Source: Acidobacteriota bacterium (GTDB lineage Bacteria > Acidobacteriota > UBA6911 > RPQK01 > JAJDTT01). Taken from it: DNA of 64,000 nucleotides. This document shows positions 9,609 to 19,071 of this stretch, in pieces. The notes beneath the pieces are model-generated. The model saw only the letters and a program-made list of their open reading frames with translations. It was not told where the DNA came from and searched no databases. Each line of letters opens with the position of its first letter. The first letter of the stretch is position 1. A program made the translations under genes and the position numbers. Where the stretch lies: positions 4,000,001-4,064,000 of the forward strand of contig OZ253580.1 of the NCBI GenBank assembly GCA_965263035.1, in the 5' to 3' direction.

Positions 9609-9717
9609 GAGGCTGTCCGAGAACTCGAAAAATCATAGTTTTTTAAAACTTAACCCTTTATAAATCAATAGTTTACAAACAAGACTTTTTGAAAATAGTC
9701 TATTCTCGGACAGCCTC
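9609..9717. mobile_element. 109-bp MITE with 15-bp TIRs and flanking CTAG duplication
   Basis: GAGGCTGTCCGAGAA (9609-9623) and TTCTCGGACAGCCTC (9703-9717); CTAG at 9605-9608 and 9718-9721; very AT-rich core. Confidence 0.9.
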
Positions 9718-9945
9718 CTAGCCACGCTCGCGCAACTCACGGATGACCCGGGCGGCGTTCGGTTCCAGTTGGACCGGCTCCCTCAGGAGCAAGCGTTGGC
9801 GAAGCTCCCGGCGGGTCGGACGCTTGGCGAATTTTTCCAACTCTGCGAGCAGGAAAGCCGACAGCGACGTGCCCTCGAGGGCCGCCTTCGCTTTGAGGGT
9901 CCGATACAGTTCGGTGGGAACGTTGGGCACCTGAAGATTGGGCAC
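9718..9945 (-). CDS. FitA-like ribbon-helix-helix antitoxin
   Basis: (M)PNLQVPNVPTELYRTLKAKAALEGTSLSAFLLAELE...AARVIRELRE. Confidence 0.8.
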   Translation of the reverse strand: MPNLQVPNVPTELYRTLKAKAALEGTSLSAFLLAELEKFAKRPTRRELRQRLLLREPVQLEPNAARVIRELRERG

Positions 9946-10048
9946 GCATCCATCAAACTTGCATGAAATCTGCATGTTGACTGCTGAGATGGGAACCCCT
10001 CGACGTTTCCCCTTTCGACCAGTAACCTGACCTGCTAGGAGGTGCGCA

Positions 10049-11584
10049 GTGACTTTCCAGTGTTCGTGGAGAATTGTTGGCATTGCGGTGTCGTTGTTCC
10101 TGGCATTGTCGGGACCGGCTCTCGCCGAGGTCCGGTTGCCGGCCGCGATCTCGGAACACATGCTGCTGCAGCATGGGGTTCCGGTGCGGATCTGGGGTTG
10201 GGCCGGCGCCGGCGAGACCGTCCAGGTGAGTTTCCGAGGCCGCAGTTACACGGCGACCGCGCCGTTGCCCGGGGATTCGGGTGACTGGGAGGTGCATCTG
10301 GCCCCCTCGGAAGCGGGTGGCCCCTTTCGTCTGGAGGTCCGGGGGACCAACACCATCACCCTGAAAGACGTTCTGGTGGGCGACGTCTGGGTGGCTTCGG
10401 GTCAGTCCAACATGGACTGGTCGGTCCGGCGCTCGAAAAATCCGGATGAGGAGATCGCCCAGGCCAACTTTCCCAGGATCCGGCTCTTCAAGGTCACCCG
10501 CAAGGTGGCCGACTCGCCGCTGGAGGACGTGGAAGGGGCATGGCAGCCCTGTTCTCCCGAGTCGGTGGGCGAATTCTCGGCCGTCGGCTACTACTTCGCC
10601 CGCCATCTGCACCGGAAGCTGGGTCACCCCGTCGGGGTGATCCAGACGGCGTGGGGAGGAACCCCGGCGGAGGCCTGGGTGAGCCGGCCCCGCTTGGAGT
10701 CCGACCCCCGCCTGACCTCGACACTGGAGGCCTGGAAGCAGGTGCTGGCCGAATATCCGGAACGGCAGAAGGAGCACTTGGCGGAGGTGGCTCGCTGGGA
10801 ACGGGAGGCCGCGGCCGCCAGGAAAAAGGGCGAGCCGGAGCCTCGCCGTCCCCGCCGCCCTCTGGGGCCGGGGCACCCGTGGACGCCTGGCGGGCTCTAC
10901 AACGCCATGATCGCTCCCCTCGTGCCTTACGCCGTCCGCGGCGCCATCTGGTACCAGGGTGAGAACAACGCGCACCGGGCGGAGGCCCAACTCTACCGTT
11001 CGCTGTTCCCGGCTCTGATCCAGGATTGGAGAGCGCATTGGAGAGTGGGTCCGTTCCCCTTCCTGTTCGTCCAGTTGGCCAATTTCGACAATACCCCCGA
11101 GGGCAGCGAATGGCCCGAGCTCCGGGAGGCCCAGCTCATGACGCTGAGCGTCCGGAACACGGGCATGGCGGTCATCATCGATATCGGCGATCCGGAAGAC
11201 ATCCATCCCAAGAACAAACAGGACGTGGGCAAGCGTCTGGCTCTGGCGGCCCGCTCCCTGGCCCACGGCGAGGACCTGGTCTATTCGGGACCCATCTTCC
11301 GCCGGGTCACGGCCGAAGGAACCGGACTGCGGATTTGGTTCGACCATGTGGGAGGTGGACTCGAGAGCCGGGGGGGAGAGTTGAAAGGCTTTGAGGTCGC
11401 CGGAGCCGACCGCCGCTTCGTGCCGGCGGCCGCCCGTATCGAGTCCGGTACGGTGGTGGTCTCCAGTCCTGAGGTGGAGCGAGTCGTGGCCGCCCGTTAC
11501 GGCTGGAGCGACAGTCCCGTCTGCAACCTGTACAACGCCGAGGGGCTTCCCGCCTCGCCCTTCCGCAGCGACGACTGGGAATAG
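10049..11584 (+). CDS. Sialate O-acetylesterase family protein
   Basis: GDVWVASGQSNM, GGTPAEAW, GAIWYQGENN, DIHPKNKQDVG, GLPASPFRSD. Confidence 0.9.
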   Translation: MTFQCSWRIVGIAVSLFLALSGPALAEVRLPAAISEHMLLQHGVPVRIWGWAGAGETVQVSFRGRSYTATAPLPGDSGDWEVHLAPSEAGGPFRLEVRGTNTITLKDVLVGDVWVASGQSNMDWSVRRSKNPDEEIAQANFPRIRLFKVTRKVADSPLEDVEGAWQPCSPESVGEFSAVGYYFARHLHRKLGHPVGVIQTAWGGTPAEAWVSRPRLESDPRLTSTLEAWKQVLAEYPERQKEHLAEVARWEREAAAARKKGEPEPRRPRRPLGPGHPWTPGGLYNAMIAPLVPYAVRGAIWYQGENNAHRAEAQLYRSLFPALIQDWRAHWRVGPFPFLFVQLANFDNTPEGSEWPELREAQLMTLSVRNTGMAVIIDIGDPEDIHPKNKQDVGKRLALAARSLAHGEDLVYSGPIFRRVTAEGTGLRIWFDHVGGGLESRGGELKGFEVAGADRRFVPAAARIESGTVVVSSPEVERVVAARYGWSDSPVCNLYNAEGLPASPFRSDDWE

Positions 11585-11605
11585 CGGGTCCGGGCCGGCG
11601 CCGGG

Positions 11606-12592
11606 TCAGCCGCCGGCGAAGGCGGGCATGACCCGGCCGGCGAAAAGTTCCATGGACTCCAGCATCTCCCGTTGGGAGACGCCCTGGTGCTGGCAGTGGT
11701 AGACGAGGGTGTCGGCGCCCATGTCGCGATAGACGGCCACCTGCTCGATGCACTCCTCGGGCGTCCCCAGGATGAGGCGGTCCTGGAAGTCGTCCAGCCG
11801 CCCGTACCTGTACCGCGTCCCCTCCGGAGTTTCCTTCATCCAGCCGGAATAGCGCCGGTATTGGGTGAGCAGCGGCTTTTCCACCAGCGCTCGGGCCCGG
11901 GCCCGGCTCTTGGCCACGAAGCCCAAGCGGGGCACCACCAGGGTCCCCTGCTTGCCGAACTCGTCCAGGGCGTTCCGATAGACCCGGATCTTCTCCCGGA
12001 GCTCACGCCGGCCGAGGCTGGCGCTGGGAATCCAGCCGTCCGCCAGCCGGGCCGAACGGCGAACGACCCGATCGGCGGTGCCGCCGATCCAGATGGGAGG
12101 GCGGGGTTTCCGGACCGGCAGGGGGCCGATGCGGACGTTTTGGCACTGGAAGAACTTCCCCGAGAAGGTAACCGACTCGCCGGCCCAGAGCCGGGAGATG
12201 ACCTCCAGGTTCTCCAGGAACCGGCCCCGCCGTTGCCGTAACTGGACGGCCGAGATGGCCAGCTCCTGCTCCCGGTACCCCAGAACCAGCCCGAAGATGA
12301 GCCGCCCGCCCGAGATCACGTCCACATGCGCCGCCTGCTCGGCAAGCAGGATCGGGTTGTAGATGGGCAGGATGAATCCGCTGGAGCAGAGCTGGATCCG
12401 GCTGGTGACCGGAGCCAGGGCGGCCAGGGTGGTGAGCATCTCGTGGAAGCCCGAGGGCCAGAGGTGCCGGTCGCCCAGGCAGACCAGGTCGAAGCCCAAC
12501 TCCTCCGCCACCTGGACCCTCTCCCGGAGCTGGTCGAAGCTGGCTTGTCCGGAGTCGGTGAAGGTCTGCCCGAGTATGATTCCAAAGTTCAT
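11606..12592 (-). CDS. LLM-class flavin-dependent oxidoreductase
   Basis: AEELGFD...DRH, LAEQAAHVDVISGGRL, PPIWIGG, ILGTPEECIE. Confidence 0.9.
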   Translation of the reverse strand: MNFGIILGQTFTDSGQASFDQLRERVQVAEELGFDLVCLGDRHLWPSGFHEMLTTLAALAPVTSRIQLCSSGFILPIYNPILLAEQAAHVDVISGGRLIFGLVLGYREQELAISAVQLRQRRGRFLENLEVISRLWAGESVTFSGKFFQCQNVRIGPLPVRKPRPPIWIGGTADRVVRRSARLADGWIPSASLGRRELREKIRVYRNALDEFGKQGTLVVPRLGFVAKSRARARALVEKPLLTQYRRYSGWMKETPEGTRYRYGRLDDFQDRLILGTPEECIEQVAVYRDMGADTLVYHCQHQGVSQREMLESMELFAGRVMPAFAGG

Positions 12593-12784
12593 GCCTGTAC
12601 TTTTCGCTGCTGTCTGGACCCTGGTCAATCTCACCACGGATATCCGGGATGCCCAGGGGGTTACGGGCCGATATTCTACTGAAGGGGGGGCCAGGAAGGT
12701 ATCCTGTCGGTCGGAACCTCCGGTCATTCGGTTCTACCGTAAGCTGTGCAGCGGGATCGCGACCGGCGGGTGGCGAGGCGGAAC

Positions 12785-14620
12785 GTGACGGCAATACTGG
12801 GAATTTCGGCCTTTTACCACGACTCGGCGGCGGCTCTGGTCCGGGACGGCGAGATCGTGGCGGCCGCCCAGGAGGAGCGATTCAGCCGCAAGAAGCATGA
12901 CGCCTCCTTTCCCGCCCAGGCCATCGAATACTGCCTGAGGGAAGCCGGTCTCACTCCGGGCGATCTGGACTACGTGGGTTTCTACGACAAGCCCCTGATG
13001 AAGTTCGAGAGACTCCTGGAGACCTACCTGGCCTTCGCCCCCAGGGGGTTCTCCTCGTTCGTGAAGGCGATGCCGGTCTGGCTCCGGGAAAAGCTTCATC
13101 TTCCCGGACAGATGACCCGGGGGCTCGACCGGGCCTACCGCAGGCGGTTCATCTTCACCGAGCATCACGAGTCCCACGCGGCCAGCGCCTTCTTCCCCTC
13201 ACCGTTTCGGGAAGCGGCCATTCTGACCGTGGACGGGGTGGGGGAATGGGCCACCGCCGCGTACGGTGCCGGAAAGGACAACCGGATCCGGCTGACCCAC
13301 GAGCTTCGCTTTCCCCATTCGCCCGGGCTGCTCTATTCCGCCTTCACCTATTTCTGCGGATTCCGCGTGAACTCGGGGGAGTACAAGCTCATGGGGCTGG
13401 CGCCCTACGGCGAACCCCGATACGTGGACCTGATCCTCCGGCGCCTGATCGACCTGAAGCAGGACGGCTCCTTTCGCATGGACATGTCCTGCTTCAACTA
13501 CTGCCAGGGCCTGACCATGACCTCCCGCAAGTTCGAGCGTCTCTTCGGCGGACCCCCCAGGAAGCCCGAGTCGCCGCTGACGCAGCGGGAGATGGACCTG
13601 GCAGCCTCCATCCAGCGGGTCATGGAGGAGATCCTGCTCCGGATGGCTCGGCACGTCCACTCCCGGACCGGGCAGTCGAACCTCTGCCTGGCCGGCGGCG
13701 TCGCCCTCAACTGCGTGGCGAACGGACGGATTCTCAGGGAAGGTCCCTTCGGGGAGATCTGGGTTCAGCCCGCGGCCGGTGACGCCGGCGGCGCCCTGGG
13801 AACGGCCCTCTTCATCTGGCACCAGCTCCTGGGAAACTCGCGCCGTCCCCGGACGCCGGACGGACAGTCGGGTTCTCTTCTCGGTCCCTCCTATGCGGAG
13901 CCGGAGATCCGATCCTTTCTCGACCGGGTGGGGGCTGACTACCAACGGATCGACGATCCCGAGGCGCTGGTGCGGCGTGTGGCCCAGGTCATGGCCGACC
14001 AGAAGGTAGTGGGGTGGATGCAGGGGCGCATGGAGTTCGGACCCCGGGCCCTGGGAAGCCGGAGCATCCTGGGAGACGCCAGAAGCGGCCGCATGCAGTC
14101 GGTGATGAACCTCAAGATCAAGTTTCGGGAGTCCTTCCGGCCCTTCGCTCCGTCGGTCATGAGGGAGCATGTGGACGAGTATTTCGAGATGCGGCCCGAA
14201 GAAGACAGTCCATACATGCTGCTGGTGGCTCCGGTGAAGGCTTCCAAGCGGATAGCTTCGGACGGGGAGACGGGTCTAACTGGTCTGGACAAGCTCAACG
14301 TCGCTCGCTCCGTGGTCCCGGCCATCACCCACGTGGACCACTCGGCCCGGGTGCAGACCGTCGACTCGGAGAGGCATGGGGACTACTATCGGCTGCTGCG
14401 GGAGTTCGAGCGCATGACCGGGTGTCCCGTGGTCATCAACACCAGCTTCAACGTCCGGGGCGAGCCCATCGTCTGTTCTCCCGAGCAGGCCTACCGCTGC
14501 TTCATGTCCACCAACATGGACGTCCTGGTCATGGAGAGCTTCATCCTGTTCAAGGACCGGCAGCCTCAGGCCCGCCAGTACGAAGTCGGCGCCTACCTGG
14601 CACAGTTCGAACTGGACTAA
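12785..14620 (+). CDS. O-carbamoyltransferase (NodU/CmcH/SxtI family)
   Basis: ILGISAFYHDSAA, EHHESHAASAF, GEYKLMGLAPYG, LAGGVALNC, GRMEFGPRALGSRS, NTSFNVRGEPIV. Confidence 0.95.
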   Translation: MTAILGISAFYHDSAAALVRDGEIVAAAQEERFSRKKHDASFPAQAIEYCLREAGLTPGDLDYVGFYDKPLMKFERLLETYLAFAPRGFSSFVKAMPVWLREKLHLPGQMTRGLDRAYRRRFIFTEHHESHAASAFFPSPFREAAILTVDGVGEWATAAYGAGKDNRIRLTHELRFPHSPGLLYSAFTYFCGFRVNSGEYKLMGLAPYGEPRYVDLILRRLIDLKQDGSFRMDMSCFNYCQGLTMTSRKFERLFGGPPRKPESPLTQREMDLAASIQRVMEEILLRMARHVHSRTGQSNLCLAGGVALNCVANGRILREGPFGEIWVQPAAGDAGGALGTALFIWHQLLGNSRRPRTPDGQSGSLLGPSYAEPEIRSFLDRVGADYQRIDDPEALVRRVAQVMADQKVVGWMQGRMEFGPRALGSRSILGDARSGRMQSVMNLKIKFRESFRPFAPSVMREHVDEYFEMRPEEDSPYMLLVAPVKASKRIASDGETGLTGLDKLNVARSVVPAITHVDHSARVQTVDSERHGDYYRLLREFERMTGCPVVINTSFNVRGEPIVCSPEQAYRCFMSTNMDVLVMESFILFKDRQPQARQYEVGAYLAQFELD

Positions 14621-14888
14621 GTGACCTTGGTGCGAGCACCGCGTCGCATCGTGATCTGTGGAGCGGGACGGACAAACGGTGACCGTGTGGAGGCGAACCT
14701 TGTCGTCGCCCGTCCCCTACCGACAGCCGGCATGCAGCGCCAGCATGCAGTTTGGCGACTCTCTTGTTCAATGCGTCCGAAATTGTCCGAAAAACGACTG
14801 GGACATCAGTGTGGACACGGTGTGTTCTCGCCGTGTGGTCGGGCGTTGCGATGAATCGTATCTTCGCCTTGAATCCCAATCAGGGACC

Positions 14889-15357
14889 CTATCGGCTCTG
14901 ATCGACATAGGCGAATCTGATCCAAACACGATTCAGGTGATCGAAGTCTTTGTCGGTCGACAGGAGTGTCGCCCTGGTTTCATGAGCGGTCGCTGCAATC
15001 CAGAGATCATTTTGTGTCATTGGGATAGCCGGTCTTGGAGGAGGGGTCTGCGCGGGAGCGGCCACAGGTTTCCCGTGGGTCCAGGCATCAATCAGAGCAT
15101 ACGCACTCAAAACGCCCCTCTTGTTTAATGTCAACCGTAGGAAAATCCTCCAGCACGTGCTCGAGCCGAAGCCGTTTGTTCCTACCCCAGCCATTCTTTT
15201 CAGCAAGCGCAAGAAGCTCGCCCCGGCAGATGATGGAAGTAAAGACCATCGTCTCCCTGTCTCCCCGATTGAACATCTTCCGAGCCCGAATTGCCCATGG
15301 CGCCTCCCGAACGAAACCGAGCAACGTGCCCGTGTCCAGCAGATACCGACGTTTCAT
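14889..15357 (-). pseudogene. PIN-domain toxin split by a +1 frameshift near 15125
   Basis: YLLDTG...GEL in one frame, then YALIDAW...NDLWIAATA...LLSTDKDFDHL in the next; one extra A in 'attaaac'. Confidence 0.85.
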
Positions 15358-15365
15358 TGAATGGA

Positions 15366-16310
15366 TCAATCGAGCTGAGCCAGGAGTTCATCGATGGGCT
15401 CGTTGCCTGGCCACGCTCCCGCGAGAAGAATGGGATCGCTGGATAGAACCCGGCGTCTTCGCTGAGCCCGAACAGGGTCCAGCGCTTCCTCACCTTCTGC
15501 CGATGGGATCTGTTCGAACACGCTGTCCCCTTCAGCACTTCCACTCATCCGACGCGCCTCGATCCATCGCGCCTGTCCGTTAGCTTTGAAGTGAACCAGT
15601 CCCTCTACGGTAGTCGGATTTCCCCAAAGCGGGCGTAGGACCTCGGTGTCCAGCAAGTCCGGGTGCAGCTTTCCTAGGAGTTGATCGTTCCGGCCAAGCA
15701 AAAGGCGAAAGCGGCCACCACCATATTTAATTTGGTCTAGTCTGCCGCTCACAATGAACGACCTGGGTGGCGGGATGCTCCTCAACCGCTCGGATACCTG
15801 CGTACAGACGTGCTCATCCAGCACAAACCCCGAGCCTGTCGAACCCTGTGGAATCAACTCGTAGCGAATACCGGGAGTCCCCGCGGCTGTCTTGAATCTG
15901 AGAATTGCATTCAGAACGTCGGCGTCGAAATGGTCGCCCGGGGATTCGGTAGACGTGGCTTCTTCAATCGCACGTGCCGCAATATCGAGCGATGTATCAT
16001 CGAGATTCGGCTTGTCCTGCCAAAGCTCCTGTTGCGCAAGCTCCCTATAAGCCGTCTCACGAAAAAGAGGCGCCTCAATGTCGAGAATCGTCGAGCCGGA
16101 GTTCAATCCAGTGACCGTGAAGTTGACGCTTGCTTGAAGCCATTTGGGCTTCCGGCCCCTCCCGCTGCTCTGCCCGGTGACGATCAAACGGGTGGCTCGT
16201 TCCCCCATCTGTAGTAGAGCGTCCAGAATACGGCATAGGCTGGCAACCTTAATCTGCCCTGTGGGTTCTGGGAGGCCGCTGATTCGCAATTGATACCGTT
16301 GCGTGTTCAC
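15366..16310 (-). CDS. Hypothetical ~314-aa protein coupled to the PIN toxin gene (putative large antitoxin)
   Basis: GTG start behind AAAGGAG; ends a few bp before the PIN gene; tail WPGNEPIDELLAQLD. Confidence 0.75.
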   Translation of the reverse strand: MNTQRYQLRISGLPEPTGQIKVASLCRILDALLQMGERATRLIVTGQSSGRGRKPKWLQASVNFTVTGLNSGSTILDIEAPLFRETAYRELAQQELWQDKPNLDDTSLDIAARAIEEATSTESPGDHFDADVLNAILRFKTAAGTPGIRYELIPQGSTGSGFVLDEHVCTQVSERLRSIPPPRSFIVSGRLDQIKYGGGRFRLLLGRNDQLLGKLHPDLLDTEVLRPLWGNPTTVEGLVHFKANGQARWIEARRMSGSAEGDSVFEQIPSAEGEEALDPVRAQRRRRVLSSDPILLAGAWPGNEPIDELLAQLD

Positions 16311-16359
16311 TGCAAGCTCTCCTTTCCCCGGCGCGCTAGGTTTTTGGGCCAGTATAACC

Positions 16360-16433
16360 CTCACGTGGCGCTGCTGCCGGCGGTCAAGGAGGGAGACCAA
16401 AGTTCCGGCATCCGGCAGCAATTCACACGCGAT
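16360..16433 (-). pseudogene. 5' remnant of a VapC/PIN toxin
   Basis: (ATC instead of ATG) ACELLPDAGTLVSLLDRRQQRH resembles the PIN N-terminus LLLDTGALVSLLD; overlaps the antitoxin stop. Confidence 0.6.
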
Positions 16434-16674
16434 GCCGAAGAGATTTCAAGATGTATTCTCGATGTCGCGTCGCCAGTTCGGGAATCCCGGAATCGAGAGA
16501 ACCCAGGAGTTCGACTACCCGTTGGGCCGGGCGCTGCCGGCTGGCACCGATGCCGAGGAACTGGCGTAGGGTCAACCGCACTATTTGTGAAGGCGTTAGT
16601 TGCAGCTTCCGAGAAGCGAGGGCCACTCCTTCGCTCAGGTCGTCGGGGATACGCACGGTCAATTGTCGTGACAT
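16423..16674 (-). CDS. CopG/RHH-family antitoxin
   Basis: MSRQLTVRIPDDL...SQIVR..LRQFL; LLGSLDSGIPELA..HREY tail; palindrome TTACATTGTAA just upstream. Confidence 0.8.
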   Translation of the reverse strand: MSRQLTVRIPDDLSEGVALASRKLQLTPSQIVRLTLRQFLGIGASRQRPAQRVVELLGSLDSGIPELATRHREYILKSLRHRV

Positions 16675-16821
16675 GCATTACATTGTAAGGCACAACGTGG
16701 GGGGGGCACTCAACGCCGAATGACGCCGTCGCCGGGTACTCTCGCCAAGGACTCCCATACGGAGGCTTCATTCGGGAGTGGATCCGACCCTGGAGAGGTC
16801 TTATTATCAGGAGGGAAATTC

Positions 16822-17934
16822 ATGAAAGTCAACAGAAGGAATTTTGTCCGAGCGGCTGCGGCCGCCGGGGTGCTGCGGGAAGCGGGATTCGGCCGAACCG
16901 CCTCGGGCGGTTCCGAGGGTCGGAGAATGCGGGTCACCGCCTTCCCGCGTGCGGTTGGACGGGATCCGTCGCCGTTGTCCAAGGCGGCCCTGCGCCACGT
17001 GCGGCAGATGGGGGTCCGGGACATCCGGATCGTCTCGGCATGGGTGCCGGGTTACGACCGGGACGGCGAGATGGATCTGGACGAGTTGATGCGAGTCAAG
17101 AGGCGCGCCGAAAGTGTCGGACTCAAGATCGGCGCCGTCTATCTGCGAAAGGTGGACACCGCCAACCTGCTTCTGGACCGGCCCGGCTGGAACCGGGAGC
17201 TGGAGAAGATCTCCCGAACCATCGTGAGCATGGGGAAGGCGGGAATTCCGGTCCTGGAACACAGCCTGCTCCTCTCCCGAGTCACCCGGGACGTCTTCGA
17301 GCTTCCGCTGCCCGGCTACCGGCACGTTCTCGAGGGCAGGGGCGGATCCCGCATGTACAGGTTCGACGGGAAGGGAACCGAGGAGCACGGCCGGCCCGCC
17401 GGCTCCGTCTCCGCAGATCAGTTGTGGGAGCGGATCACCCGCTTTCAGGAACACTGCATCCCGGTGGCGTCCGAAGCCCGAGTCCACGTAGCCTGTCATC
17501 CCGATGATCCGCCGTCGGCCCGCTACTGGGGAGTCACCCAGGCCCTCAACAGCAAGGAGGGCCTGGACCGGCTCATCAACATCGTTCCCAGCAAGTACAA
17601 CGGCATCCTCCTCTGCCTGGGGACGATGCAGGAGTCGGGGGCCGACGTCATCGACCTGATCCGCTATTTCGGCGGCAAGAAAAAGATTTTCGACATCGAT
17701 TTCCGGGCCGTCCGCGGGACCGTTCCCAACTACGACGAGGTGTTTCTGGACGAAGGCGATCTGGACATGTGGAAGGTGGTCCAGGTGCTCCGTGAGGTGG
17801 ACTACCAGTGGACTCTGGAGCCGGACCACGTCCCCGGCATCACCGCCGAAGAGAAGGGCGACCTGATCTCCTATGCCTGGGCCATCGCCTACATCATGGC
17901 TCTGATCGACGCCGCCTACGGCGAACGGATATGA
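16822..17934 (+). CDS. Mannonate dehydratase (UxuA)-family protein with Tat-like leader
   Basis: NRRNFV leader; GRGG, LWERI, ACHPDDPP, LCLGT, FRAVRG, DEGDLDM, PDHVP. Confidence 0.8.
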   Translation: MKVNRRNFVRAAAAAGVLREAGFGRTASGGSEGRRMRVTAFPRAVGRDPSPLSKAALRHVRQMGVRDIRIVSAWVPGYDRDGEMDLDELMRVKRRAESVGLKIGAVYLRKVDTANLLLDRPGWNRELEKISRTIVSMGKAGIPVLEHSLLLSRVTRDVFELPLPGYRHVLEGRGGSRMYRFDGKGTEEHGRPAGSVSADQLWERITRFQEHCIPVASEARVHVACHPDDPPSARYWGVTQALNSKEGLDRLINIVPSKYNGILLCLGTMQESGADVIDLIRYFGGKKKIFDIDFRAVRGTVPNYDEVFLDEGDLDMWKVVQVLREVDYQWTLEPDHVPGITAEEKGDLISYAWAIAYIMALIDAAYGERI

Positions 17935-17977
17935 GAACCGGACCCGTCAGTTGCTTCTCTGGACGAGGTGCGGGAGG

Positions 17978-19045
17978 TCAATCCCTTTCCACCACCCAGA
18001 TGTTGCGATAGCGCACCGGGTTGCCGTGGTCCTGCAAGTAGATGGGCCCGGGTTCGCCTTCCTTGAACTTGAGCTCGTCCACTTCGGGTGGAAGCCGCGG
18101 CAGCACGACTCGGTCGTGGATCAGGACTCCGTTGTGCCGGACCGTCATCGTCGCCGGGGAGATCTTCTTCCCCGCCGAGTCGAACCTGGCCAGGGTGAAG
18201 TCGATGTCGTAGGTCTGCCAGGACAGCGGCGGAAACGACATGTTGATCCGGGGCCCCACCATTTCGTGGATGCCCCCGGCCCGGCCGAATTTGGACAGCC
18301 GCTCGAACTTGCGGTTCTCGTGGTGCCAACCGAAGGAATCGACGATCTGCACCTCCCATTCCCGCCTGACGTAGACGCCGCTGTTGCCCCGCTTCATGCC
18401 CCGCGCCGTCGGCATGAAGGGGCAGCGGAACTCCAGGTGGATCCGGACACTGCCGAACTCCCGTTTGGTAGTCGTTCCCGCGTCCAGCAGCCGGTCCTCG
18501 ACCAGACGGCCGTCTTGCCACTCCTCGACGCCCGTACCGTCGAACAGCAAGATGGCTCCGGCGGGCGGCTCGGCGCCCAGCGTCGGCGATCGGCGCAGCA
18601 CCTTCTTCAGAAGGAATTCAACGCCGTCGGCCCGCCCGTGGAAGGTGTGGGCGTCGCCGGTGAAGACACCGTCCCGGATGGAGCCCCGGAAGTTGGAACT
18701 GGCGAATTTGAGCCGTTCGCCGTGAATGCCGTGGAAGGCGGCCCGTCCGTCCTCCTGCGTCTTGCCCCCAATGTGGGAGACGGTGCGCTCGTCCCAGCCG
18801 GCCCCCGGAAGGCCCCCCGAAAAGACCACCCCTTGGAATTCGTGGTTCCCCAGGGCAATCACCTGAATACCGATGGGGAAGCCGAAGCCCACATTGCCGG
18901 CGTACTCCCCCTGAACCTGGAAGTCGCGTCCCGCGTCGGCCGGATTCGTGAACAAGGGGAGTTCGGACGCCAAGCTGATGGAGCCCGGAGTCTCGAGAGT
19001 CGTCCAAACGGTCACGAGAATCAGGGCGAGCAGGAGGCGGCGCAT
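17978..19045 (-). CDS. DUF1080 (3-keto-disaccharide hydrolase-like) secreted protein
   Basis: LFDGT, HLEFR, RGNSGVY, WQTYDIDF, LQDHGNPVRYRNIWV. Confidence 0.85.
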   Translation of the reverse strand: MRRLLLALILVTVWTTLETPGSISLASELPLFTNPADAGRDFQVQGEYAGNVGFGFPIGIQVIALGNHEFQGVVFSGGLPGAGWDERTVSHIGGKTQEDGRAAFHGIHGERLKFASSNFRGSIRDGVFTGDAHTFHGRADGVEFLLKKVLRRSPTLGAEPPAGAILLFDGTGVEEWQDGRLVEDRLLDAGTTTKREFGSVRIHLEFRCPFMPTARGMKRGNSGVYVRREWEVQIVDSFGWHHENRKFERLSKFGRAGGIHEMVGPRINMSFPPLSWQTYDIDFTLARFDSAGKKISPATMTVRHNGVLIHDRVVLPRLPPEVDELKFKEGEPGPIYLQDHGNPVRYRNIWVVERD

Positions 19046-19071
19046 GGTCGGCAGAAATCTGGTTACAGTAG

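Noticed and set aside
14621-14854. 77-aa ORF directly after the carbamoyltransferase
   Set aside because: No RBS or motif, atypical codon usage, and it contains a REP-like palindrome; likely intergenic.
15366-16421. 351-aa ORF read as a single fusion protein
   Set aside because: The first ~37 codons are the VapC remnant plus spacer; a strong RBS supports the GTG start at 16310.
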